This document shows, piece after piece, positions 15,001 to 27,100 of a stretch of DNA of 64,000 nucleotides. This DNA comes from Yuukianura sp. NJ FZ-2021 (Eukaryota). Where the stretch lies: NCBI GenBank assembly GCA_046563655.1, contig CM102285.1:13082001-13146000 (forward strand), in the 5' to 3' direction. The position numbers and the translations under genes were made by a program. The notes under the pieces were generated by a model, which was not told the DNA's origin, searched no databases, and was given only the letters and a program-made list of their open reading frames with translations. How positions within the stretch are numbered: position 1 is the stretch's first letter; the number at the start of each line of letters is the position of its first letter.

Positions 15001-15570
15001 GTAAGGAAGCCTAAACCAGACGAAAGTGAAGATCAAGTTGACATGGAACAATCCGTCAACGAGCAAGTATTTGTTACTACTGCTATTTCTCCTGGAGAGC
15101 TTATTGAATTCACTCCTCAGGGCTTGAAGACTGTCAAGAAACGACCCAAGAAACCAACTGTTCCAGAAATCAAAACAGAAGAAATTCCAGAAATTATTCC
15201 GGTGATTACAGAAGTTACACAAGAGTCTGAACTAGTCACCTTTACTCCTCAAGGCCGAAAGGTTGTCACAAAAGTCAAAAAGATTCGACGAGAAGGTGTC
15301 AAAGACCAGGATGTGGAACTTGAAGTCACAACCGAAGGTCAAACACGTAAACTTTCAATTACTGAGGGCTCAGAAATTACATTACCTACGCCTTCTGGAG
15401 AAAAATTGAAAGTCAAAGTCAAGAAACCAAAACCTGGACAAAAAGAGGACACGGTTGAAGTTGAACAGTCCATCAACGAGCAGACATTTGTTGTAACTGC
15501 AGTTTCACCTGGAGAATTAATTGAATTTACACCCCAGGGGCTCAAGACTGTAAGGAAGCGAACGAAGAAA
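1..15570 (+). repeat. Coding tandem repeat, 840-bp unit (280 aa = 141-aa A + 139-aa B), about 18.5 copies, runs off the window start
   Basis: Near-identical lines recur every 840 nt (ggcttaaagactgtcaag at 1, 841, 1681 and onward, with a ggcttgaag variant in some units including 15121). Subunit A starts at 85 and subunit B at 508. Confidence 0.99.
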
Positions 15571-18193
15571 CCAGCTAAAATGGCATTTGACGAGACCGTA
15601 TCGGACGAAGAGATGGCTTCAATGAAGCCAAGCCTGCACCTTAAACGGCCAAGTTTGGCAGATCTTCTACCGGTTGACGATTCGCCCATCATGATTCCTG
15701 AACCTACCGTGCTTCCAACTGGTGAAGCAAAACCGAAAAAGAAAAAACGGAAACCCCTGCTACCATCCATAGAAGAGCCTTCGAAGCAGCCGGAACTCAA
15801 ACACGTAAAGGAATACGCAGTTTTTAGGAGGCAGAGCGTTACACTTCAAAAAGTTGAATTAAAACACACCCCACTGACACAGCGCGCCGTTGAACACGTC
15901 GTTCTTGAGCCAATTCTTCTGAAGACTCCTCAAATAATTCGGCATATAGCGGTACAAGAGGGTGAGTTTATAACATTTAACCCAATTCCACTAAAAGAAG
16001 TTATCATTGAAAAGAAGAAGCCGAAGCAATATGCTAAGCTGCAACCTTTTGAACCGTTCGAGTTGAAAGAAATTATCGCCGAAAAAGTGGAGCTGGAAAA
16101 GTATGTGAAACCGGAATGGACAAGCGTTGACAAGGAGCGCAAAACAACTGAGGATACGTCGAGTGCTCTCATCGAGTTGCCGGGTAGCGAGTCTCCAACA
16201 ACTGTGTCTTCCCCTAAACCAACAAAAGTTAGTGAACAGCCTAAAGAAAGCTCAAGACTTAAGGTCGGAAAAGGTAAACTCCCTGAAAAAGGCCCTGAAC
16301 CAGAGAAAGTAATACTTAAACCAATTAGCAAACAGAAACATGACAAACCAGTAACGGATGAAGCAGAACATGAGCTAAAACTGCGTGGTTCGGTTGAAGG
16401 AGAAGGAAAAGTTGAACTCGATTCACAGGAAAGGCTTCCCTTGAAAGGCGAACCACGTAAGAAAAGACCGCAGGATGACAAGGAAGTCGAATCAGAAGCT
16501 AAACAACCAGAAGAGGAACGCGAAGCGAAAGTACCAGGGAAAGAGAAAATCGACATGCAATTAGATACATCAACTGAGCAACGACCAAAGGATTCAACGA
16601 AGCTCACTTCCGAAGAGCCCTTAGAATTCCACGTGCCAACATCCGTCTCCGACCAAACTTCAAAGCCAGAAACGACTACTGATACTCTCAAAATAATTCC
16701 GCAAGATAAAGCAGATGATGCTAAACCAGAAGGCCAACTTGAAAAACCGAAGGCAATCCGCAAGAAACGAGTCGTAAAGAAGCAGGTAGTGCTTACATCA
16801 GATGTGCCTGCCAAGCAGGAGGACGTTCCATTAGAATCTGAACGCGTAGAAGACGAGGAAGCTCTTTTGGCCGAAGGTATCACGAAACAGCCGCTGGAAT
16901 CTACTGTCGTGACGAGCGAAAGTGAACTGAAATTTGAGTCGCCCGACACTACCACCGACGAATTAAAACAGAAACGACCAAAGAAGAAGCTTCAAGAGCT
17001 GCCGTCATTAGATGTTGAGTTTAGTCTACCGGAACCTTCAATTTTGCCTACCGGCGAACGAAAGGAAAAACTAAAACGTCAGAAAGTAAAGCAGGAATCT
17101 ATAGCTGAAGAAGTAGTTACCGTCCCACTGAAGCGCGCCGAAATGGTCAAAGCTTCAGTTGAGGAACCAAAGCTGGTTGAGCAGCCGAAGTTGAAGCCAA
17201 CAACTACACAGAAGAAACCAGTCCCTACAGAAACAGTAGTTGAAACTGTCACTCTGAAAAAAGTTGAAGTCTTTAAAGTTTTTGCAGTCCAAGAAGGCGA
17301 CTTGTTTGTATTTACACCGGAGTGCCTGGAGCCTGAAATTGTAAAGAAGCCCAAACTGAAACGTCTTCCAAAATTCGAAAAATTTGAACCTCTGGAGTTA
17401 AAACGGATAGAAACTCGGGATGTCCCTGAATTGGAGTTGTACGAAAAGCCAACATGGTCGACTATTGAAGAAACCGATACCTCAGATGGGACCAAAACAA
17501 AGGATTCCTCAACAAAACCAACAACGCAAGAAGAAACGACTGGCTGGAAAGTCGGCAAAGGAAAAATTCCAGAAAAGGAAGAAATCAATGAAAAAGTTCT
17601 GTTGAAGCCGATTCCAAAGCGCCAACCCGAACAAGGTGTTCCAGAAGTCAAAGACGATTCCATAAAGTTCTCACCAACTGAAAAACCAGAGGTCCTACCG
17701 ACTCAAATGACTTTGAAACCAGCTAAGAAACCAGCTAAGGACATTCCAGTCCCATATGATGAAAACCTTAGAAAGTTATCGTTGACGCTGAAAAAAGCAC
17801 CTCAAGAAGTTCTAGAAGAAAAAATTGAGTATCACACCGAATTTCATATTAGGCCGGATACAACATCGGTAACTCCAGTCCAGCTTCCGGCTTTGAAGGA
17901 ACAGTTTGATCAATCGCCACCACGGATCTTAGTCCCATTGGAATCTGTTGTCGCATCAGCCGGGTCACCCGTTGAACTTGTAGTCAAGTTTGACGGCGCA
18001 CCGTTACCAACGGCGAGCTGGTACCACAATGGAAAAGCATTTATTCCAAGGGAAGGAGTCTCAGTTCAATCGGATGAGTACATTACGACGTTGAGTATAG
18101 CGAACCTTGCGAAGCCAGTGACAGGAAAGTACGAAGTAGTTGTTTCAAATGAATATGGAACTGTCAAGACTTCGGGAACCGTACGAATTGTTG
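1..18193 (+). CDS. sls: Titin giant exon (at least 18.2 kb, open at 5' end): 280-aa repeat array, PEVK-like region, one I-set Ig domain
   Basis: Frame 1 is open from base 1. Ig motif PPRILVPLESVVASAGSPVELVVKFDGAPLPTASWYHNG...TGKYEVVVSNEYG at about 17916-18190. Donor G|GTAAGC at 18193/18194. Confidence 0.93.
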
Positions 18194-21100
18194 GTAAGCA
18201 CTAAAAGTTTGACGTTTGATAACTTAATTTTCACAACATAAATGTAGGAAGCAGCTAGCTGCATTTGAAACATGTATCAGCGAGATAGCACCGCAGTTGA
18301 GATTACGCTCAGTCCAAGTCAAATGTGTAAATAGAATGTTTCGCGAAACCTTTCCCAATTGCACAATATCAATTTTTTAAATTTCTTGAATGGAAATTGA
18401 ATTTTTGCATTTTGAAGTTGAGAACCATTTCGCTATTTTGTATCAAAACATTTGCCTACGATTTCATTACCGAAACCCTCCCTCCATTTAAATATACGGC
18501 ATATACTGAAATTCAAATGTCAGTTGGCGTCGTCCAACTGTAAAATACGAACAATGCGATATAGTTGTGTTGGTACCGTAATGTCAACGCCATTTGATTT
18601 GCTCTTTTGTTTGTACAGCGCCATCCAAGGAACCAGCTGAACAACTGGCCAAGGCACCAAAATTTATTCAGCCCTTACAGTCTCAAATGCTAGTTTCAAA
18701 GCAACTTTGTTTGCTGGAAGTCGTTGTGGAGTCGTTTCCAGACTGTTCATTCCAGTGGTATCACGATGGGATACTAATTGAGAATGGAATTACCACAAAT
18801 CAAAACACTTCTACCCTACTCATACCCGTTTTTGCGGAAATGGACACTGGAGAATATTCTGTAAGGGCGGAAAATGTTCTTGGATCGGTCACAAGTACGG
18901 CGGAAATGAAGATTACGGAAGAAATTATTGATGGCGTAAAGCCTTATTTTACTGAGGAGCTACAACCGGTGAAAGTAATGGATGGTGAAGTAGTGAAGCT
19001 GACATGCCAGGTAACCATACACATTGGGTGCATTCTTGGAATGTTAGCAATTTTGAATTGTTAATCCTTGTAAAGAGTTTAGCATGGTGCTTAAAGTGTT
19101 ATCCTTATTTCGTAGGTACAAGGGACACCACGCCCCCTGGTAATATGGCATCACAACAACCAGCCTATCAAACCTAACCGAGATATCATTGTGAACCAAT
19201 ACGAAAACGGACTCTGCGAGCTGGTAATCAATGAAGTATTTATGGAAAACCAAGGTGAATATACGGCAGTTGCCACAAACGTTTTCGGAGAAGCACATTC
19301 CGTGGCTACATTAACAGTTGAGGCTTACGAATATATCCCGGACTCCGAAATAGCAACGGGGACTGGCGAGCTACTCAGCATTTCAGATGATGATGTGAAA
19401 TCGATTCAAGAAGAAGTCTTTGATGAAGATGGTAACATAATCATTCGCCTATTTAATACTAAATACAATTAACTTTTTATAACTATTTTATAATTAAGAT
19501 TTTATAACAGACTTCATTGAATGATTTGTTACATTGCAGGCTTCTATGCGAAATGCAAATGCACATCAAAAAATGTGCAAATAATTTTGCCCAATCTCAT
19601 TTAGATTGATCAGTGTTTAGAATCCTTTATGTTCTTTTCATGTTGTTCTGTAATTTCAACGTTCTGCCATCGCCAAATATGGTTTTAGTGCCAAAATTTG
19701 TCTAATTTTCTGTTTCATTTACAGATACCTCAAGAAAGATCGTGCAACACAAGGAGGTTTCGGACTCGGTAATGTTCTCTTTTCGGTTCATATTTTTCAT
19801 TCCGCTTTCCTTGCTAATCTAACTATTTTGCTAAAAAAAAACTTTTTTCTCTTCGAAACCACTTATTGCGTAAATCTTTTTCTTCTACAGCGATTGCTTT
19901 CAAGGGAGGAGGAAGATGTAACCAAGGTTAAAAAATCCAAAAAGCGAAGGGATGTAGTAAGCCAGGAAAAAGAAAAGGAGTCGAAAGAATACATTGAAGT
20001 CCAACAAGAATCTCAGCCAATAGCGTTCAAACCAGAAGATAAAAAAATGAAAATCACAAAAACCAGGAAGCCAAAGGAAGCCGTTGCGGATGAAGAGCAT
20101 ATTGTGGAGTCCGTAGAAGTAATTCAGGATTCCGTACCAGTTGAATTCAAACCGGAAGAACTGAAAACCAAGACGAGATCAAAACGATGGAAAGACGAAA
20201 CAGAGGAGCAAGTAGATGCTGCTGTACAGGAACTTCAGGAATCCGTAGTTGTTGAAGTAACACAGCAGTCTCACCCCGTTGTGTTCAGGCCGGAACCACT
20301 CAAAACTACAGTGACCAGGAGAAAGGAATCGAAAGACGTCGAAACTGAGGTCATAAAGGAAGTCGAGGAGTCTAGAAAATTAGCTGAAGGCCAAAAAATT
20401 GTTGAATCTGTAGAAGTACTTCAGGAATCAATACCGGTTGAATTCAAGCCCGAGGACCGCAAAGCCAAAGCGAGATCGAAACGATGGAAAGACGCAGAAA
20501 AAGAATCAAAACCAGAAGTTGATGTTAGAGAAGGTGAAGAAACGGTTGAGATCGTTGAGGTAACCCAGCAGTCCCAGGTTGTAGAATTTCAACCAGAAGA
20601 ACGCAAAACCAAAGTCACAAGGACGCGGAAGGTGAAAACCGACGCGGAGCAAGCCGAAGTATCCGAAAAGTTGGCAGAAGTTGAACAAATTATTGAGTCC
20701 GTCGAAGTTGTTCAAGATTCTGTAGCACACGAATTCAAACCCGAAGAACGAAAAACTAAAATAAGATCTAGACGATGGAAAGATGAAGAGGAACAGGAAG
20801 CTGCTCCTAAATACCAAGAAACAGTTGAGTCTGTTGAAGTAACGCAACACTCCCTACCTTTTGAATTTAAGCCCGAGGAAAGAAAAACTACGCGCACTAG
20901 GAAGAAAAAACTAAAGGGCGAAGAAGAAGAGCAAGAATCAGCTGCTGAAGCTAAAGAAACGGTTGAGGTGGTTGAAGTCACGCAGGAATCTGTACCTTCC
21001 GAATTCAAGCCCGAAGATAGAAAAACTACTCGGACCAGGACTAAAAAAGTGAAGGAAGAAGAAGAGCATGAAGCCGCTGCTGAAGCTAAAGAAACGGTTG

Positions 21101-24100
21101 AGGTGGTTGAAGTCACGCAGGAATCTGTACCTTCCGAATTCAAGCCCGAAGATAGAAAAACTACTCGGACCAGGACTAAAAAAGTGAAGGAAGAAGAAGA
21201 GCAAGAAGCCGCTGCTGAAGCTAAAGAAACGGTTGAGGTGGTTGAAGTCACACAGGAATCTGTACCTTTCGAATTCAAGCCCGAGGAGAGAAAAACTACT
21301 CGGACCAGGACTAAGAAAGTGAAGGAAGAAGAAGAGCAAGAAGCTGCTGCTGAAACTACAAAAACTGTTGAGGTGGTTGAAGTCACGCAGGAATCTGTAC
21401 CGTTCGAATTCCAGCCGGAGGAGAGAAAAGCTGCCCGAACCAGGACTAAGAAAGTGAAGGAAGAAGAAGAGCAAGAAGCCTTTGGTGAAGCTACAGAAAC
21501 GGTTGAGGTAGTTGAAGTCACGCAGGAATCTGCACCTTCCGAATTCAAGCCCGAGGAGAGAAAAGCTACTCGGACCACGACTAAAAAAGTTAAGGAAGAA
21601 GAAGAGCAAGAAGCCGCTGCTAAAGCTACAGAAACTGTTGAGGTGGTTGAAGTCACGCAGGAATCTGTACCGTTCGAATTCAAGCCGGAGGAGAGAAAAG
21701 CTGCCCGAACCAGGACTAAGAAAGTGAAGGAAGAAGAAGAGCAAGAAGCCTTTGGTGAAGCTACAGAAACGGTTGAGGTAGTTGAAGTCACGCAGGAATC
21801 TGCACCTTCCGAATTCAAGCCCGAGGAGAGAAAAGCTACTCGGACCACGACTAAAAAAGTTAAGGAAGAAGAAGAGCAAGAAGCCGCTGCTAAAGCTACA
21901 GAAACTGTTGAGGTGGTTGAAGTCACGCATGAAGCTGTACCTTTCGAATTCAAGCCTGAGGAGAGAAAAGCAACTCGAACCAGGACTAAAAAGGTGAAGG
22001 AAGAGGAAGAAGCCGCTGAAGCCACAGAAATTATTCACTCGATCGAAGTAACACAGGAGTCTGTACCCTTTGAATTCAAGCCCGAAGACAGAAAATCTAC
22101 TCGAACCAGGACGAAAAAGGTGAAGGAAGAGGAAGAAGAGCAAGAAGCCGCAGCTGAAGCCACAGAAATTATTGAGTCGATTGAAGTGACACAGGAATCC
22201 GTACCGTTTGAATTCAAGCCCGAGGAAAGAAAATCTGCTCGAACCAGGACGAAAAAGGTGAAGGATGAGGAAGAAGAGAAAGAAGCCGCAGCTGAAGCCA
22301 CAGAAATTATTGAGTCAATCGAAGTAACACAGGAGTCCGTGCCCTTTGAATTCAAGTCCGAGGAAAGAAAATCTCCTCGAACGAGGACGAAAAAGGTGAA
22401 AGATGATGAAGTGGAGGAAGCCGCTACGGAAGCCACAGAAATTATTGAGTCGATTGAAGTGACACAGGAATCCGTACCGTTTGAATTCAAGCCTGAGGAG
22501 AGAAAAGCAACTCGAACCAGGACTAAAAAGGTGAAGGAAGAGGAAGAAGCCGCTGCTGAAGCCACAGAAATTATTGAGTCGATCGAAGTAACACAGGAGT
22601 CTGTACCCTTTGAATTCAAGCCCGAGGAGAGAAAATCTGCTCGAACCAGGACGAAAAAGGTGAAAGATGAGGAAGAAGAGAAAGAAGCCGCAGCTGAAGC
22701 CACAGAAATTATTGAGTCGATTGAGGTGACACAGGAATCCGTACCCTTTGAATTCAAGTCCGAGGAAAGAAAAGCAACTCGAACCAGGACGAAAAAGGTG
22801 AAGGAAGAGGAAGAAGAGCAAGAAGCCGCAGCTGAAGCCACAGAAATTATTGAGTCGATTGAAGTGACACAGGAATCCGTACCGTTTGAATTCAAGCCTG
22901 AGGAGAGAAAAGCAACTCGAACCAGGACGAAAAAGGTGAAGGAAGAGGAAGAAGAGCAAGAAGCCGCAGCTGAAGCCACAGAAATTATTGAGTCAATTGA
23001 AGTGACACAGGAATCCGTACCGTTTGAATTCAAGCCTGAGGAGAGAAAAGCAACTCGAACCAGGACGAAAAAGGTGAAGGAAGAGGAAGAAGAGCAAGAA
23101 GCCGCAGCTGAAGCCACAGAAATTATTGAGTCAATCGAAGTAACACAGGAGTCCGTACCCTTTGAATTCAAGTCCGAGGAAAGAAAATCTACTCGAACCA
23201 GGACGAAAAAGGTGAAGGAAGAGGAAGAAGAGCAAGAAGCCGCAGCTGAAGCCACAGAAATTATTGAGTCGATTGAAGTGACACAGGAATCCGTACCGTT
23301 TGAATTCAAGCCTGAGGAGAGAAAAGCAACTCGAACCAGGACTAAAAAGGTGAAGGAAGAGGAAGAAGCCGCAGCTGAAGCCACAGAAATTATTGAGTCA
23401 ATCGAAGTAACACAGGAGTCCGTACCCTTTGAATTCAAGTCCGAGGAAAGAAAATCTACTCGAACCAGGACGAAAAAGGTGAAGGAAGAGGAAGAAGAGC
23501 AAGAAGCCGCAGCTGAAGCCACAGAAATTATTGAGTCGATTGAAGTGACACAGGAATCCGTACCGTTTGAATTCAAGCCCGAGGAAAGAAAATCTGCTCG
23601 AACCAGGACGAAAAAGGTGAAGGATGAGGAAGAAGAGAAAGAAGCCGCAGCCGAAGTCACAGAAATTATTGAGTCAATCGAAGTAACACAGGAGTCCGTA
23701 CCCTTTGAATTCAAGCCCGAGGAGAGGAAAGCTACCCGAACCAGGATGAAAAAGGAGAAGGATGAGAAAGTGGAGGAGGAAGCCGCTGCGGAAGCCACAG
23801 AAACCATTGAGTCGATTGAAGTGACACAGGAATCCGTACCGTTTGAATTCAAGCCTGAGGAGAGAAAAGCAACTCGAACCAGGACTAAAAAGGTGAAGGA
23901 TGAGGAAGAAGAGAAAGAAGCCGCAGCCGAAGTCACAGAAATTATTGAGTCAATCGAAGTAGCACAGGAGTCCGTACCCTTTGAATTCAAGTCCGAGGAA
24001 AGAAAATCTACTCGAACGAGGACGAAAAAGGTGAAAGATGAGGAAGAGGAGCAAGAAGCCGCAGCCGAAGTCACAGAAATTATTGAGTCAATCGAAGTAA

Positions 24101-27100
24101 CGCAGGAATCGGTACCGTTTGAATTCAAGCCAGAGCAACGAAAACCAAGATCAAAATCTAAAAAGGCAATAGACGAAGAAGCCGCTAAAGAGGAGGAAGA
24201 AACCGAAGTTATGGCCGAAGGGCAACAAATTGTGGAAACGGTAGAGGTAATTCATGAGTCTGTTCCTATTGAATTTAGGCCCAAAGAACGGAAGCCTAAA
24301 TCCAAATCAAAAAAGCCAATAGATGAGGAAGAGGAAGCTGCTGCTGCTGCCCAGGAGAAAGCAATTGAAAACGTCATTGGTAAGTTCCGTTAGTGTTCAT
24401 GTTTAAAACGGACTGCTGTCGCGTTTCCGGTGTGTTTCTATATGTTGCGTGCTTGTATTTCTCTTCCTACAAACCAGAATGTACAATGGTTTGAGTCAAC
24501 ATTAAACGTTTAAACGTTTTGTCAAAGTTGTCTTTTCAATTATGAATTGTTTGCAATGGTGCAAACGTTGACAAAATTACAAAGCAAACACATTTGAATA
24601 CGCGGAAACTCGACAACACATACCGCTTATATACTTGTTTTTGTTACACATCAGTGATTTTCTTTCAGACGAAGATACCACTGACACATCAAACGAACTT
24701 GACAGTCAAACAACATTTCAAATTGCACACTCACAACTCCAAGCCCCATTACACGAACTAAATGTCACTCAAACAATTCCATCTGAAAACTTAAGCACTG
24801 CTGGTCACATTGACACAATTAGCCGTACTGCAACCACCAAGGTAGACTCAATTCTGCCACTACAGGTCACGGATACTGAGGTCAGTGAAAACGAAACACA
24901 ACTGCAAAGTCAGCCATCAGCACAAGAAACGGCAAGGTCTGATTTAGCCGGTGTAGAGAAATCGACGCTTGTAACGGAACATTTTCCACTTGAAATTGAG
25001 GGTGACTATGATGCTAAACGGAAGCGTCCGGGCGAGACGGCCCTGCAATCACTTGTTCAAAAGCAGGACGCATTGAATGTCACAGAAACGACAACTTCTG
25101 AAGGTACAACTCCATCCATTACGAAACCTGAACCAAGCGTTACCGCCACTTCTAAGCAGGGTGAGTCCGTCAGCGTCCAGATTTCTGAAACTCTGGCCAG
25201 CGAAAGTGAAGTAGGATTTGAAAAAGAATTGCCTACCGAACAAGCTGTTTCTACGCATGCCCTGCAAGAAATGCCAACAGTTGTAAGTGAAATTACACCA
25301 ATGGACTCAGAGGGGCCGTATGACGCTACAAAACCAAGGCCTACCGAAAATGCATCCGAATCATTGGCGCATGCCCAAGTTGGACTAAACGTTACCGAGA
25401 CGATTCCTTCTGAAGTTTCAGCTCCAGGAACTAAACCAGCGCTTCATGTCACCGCAACACCAAAACTAGATGTCGCCACTGAACTTTCGCAGACCCAGAC
25501 AATTTCCAACGAAAAGGAGGACACACTATTAGAAAAAGTTTTGGCCAGTCAAGCCAAACCAGCCTACACTGGTCAAAACACAACTCCTTCTGTTTGTGAA
25601 ACATTACCATTAGAAGCTGGCGGAAAATTGGACACTCCAGCGCAACCTTCCCAGACTGTAACGGAAACTTTGTCACACGCTCGACTCCCACTTCAAGTTA
25701 GTGAAACAGTTCCAAGCGATTCAACATCAGATGAGCAGAGGAAGCCTGAAACCCTGTTAGCTGCCAAACCCAACGTGAACGAAACAGTTTCACTTGAAGT
25801 AACACTTACAGACACGCACGAAAAAGAATCCGCTTTCCAGCCAGCCAAATTGGAAGAAAAAGCTGATGTCAAAGTAGATCGCCCAGAACTACCGACTCCC
25901 AGTGTTGGTGAAGCCTTTACGATGGACTTGGAAGGACAGCATACTGTAAAACCTACAGCTCAAGAATTTGCCAAGGAAGGACTAGCGCATGCTCAGCTCG
26001 GTCTGAACGTTAGTCAAACTCTGCCGTCGGAAGGTCTCGGAACTGAAGAAGCTAAGAAAGAGGCTTCGTTTGTTGCCACTCCCGCCGTGAACGAAACAAC
26101 TTCTCTTCAAGTCAGCCAACCCATGACTGGAGACAAAGAACAAGATTTGGTAGAGTCACGTGACAATCAATACGCAGCTACAACTTTCGCTCAACAGTCT
26201 ACGCCCATGTCCGTATCAGAAACAATTCCGTTTGTAACTGAAGGCAAATTCAAATCAGACTTAAGACTAGTAGAAGAAAACGCAGTTGAAGGACTTTCTC
26301 ATTCCAAACTTGGTGTAAACGTTCAAGAAACTTTAGCGACCGAATCTACCGGTGAAGATCTGAAAAAATCAGGGCCGGAACTAACTGCAACTGAAAAAGT
26401 AGATGTAGCCGTTGGAGTCGAAGTTGAAGAAACCGTGGCCAATGAAAAAGAAGGCCAAGGCGCAGACGCACAACAAACTGAGCATGTAACCTTAGGATTT
26501 GCAGAACAAGTCAAAGCGGTAGCCGTAAGTGAAGTCTTGCCACTGGACGTTGAAGGAAAATACGACGCTACCAAGCCACGTCCCAGTGAAAACGCCACTG
26601 AAACTTTGTCTCATGCGCAAGTTGGCGTTAATATTTCACAAACTGTCGCAACTGAGACGACGACGCCAAAAGAAACTGAAATTAAAGCCCCATCCAAAGC
26701 GGAAACCAGAGTTGACGAAGCCGTTACTCTCCAAGTGCAGCAGACGCAAGTCCATGACCAGGAAGCCCCGTTAGACACAAAACCGGAAACGGAACTTGCG
26801 GGATCAACTTGGACTCCGGAGACGCCCGTGTCCGTTACAGAAGTTATGAGTCTTGACACACATGGAAAATACATGCACAAACAATTTGTTGCAACTGAAA
26901 AAGCGTCAGACAGTTACACAAAACAAAACATTGTTACTACAACAGAAACAGTATCAAATGAAACAGAAATTAAATTTGAGGGTACAAAACTTCCTACAGT
27001 AACACTAAAACCAAATTTTATTCCAGAAATTCCAGTTGTAATTGAGGCCCAAACGGTACAGGAAGCTACTGGAGATTTTACGAAAGTTGAAGCCGTTCCA

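Noticed and set aside
4075..15222. Four identical 75-aa minus-strand ORFs (MCNFCNHR...)
   Set aside because: Antisense shadows of the repeat. They appear only in units where the synonymous tta>ttg change removes an antisense stop.
1..15570. CRISPR array, satellite or mobile-element interpretation of the long repeat
   Set aside because: There are no unique spacers. The unit is a multiple of 3, fully open in one frame, with mostly synonymous variation, so it is coding.
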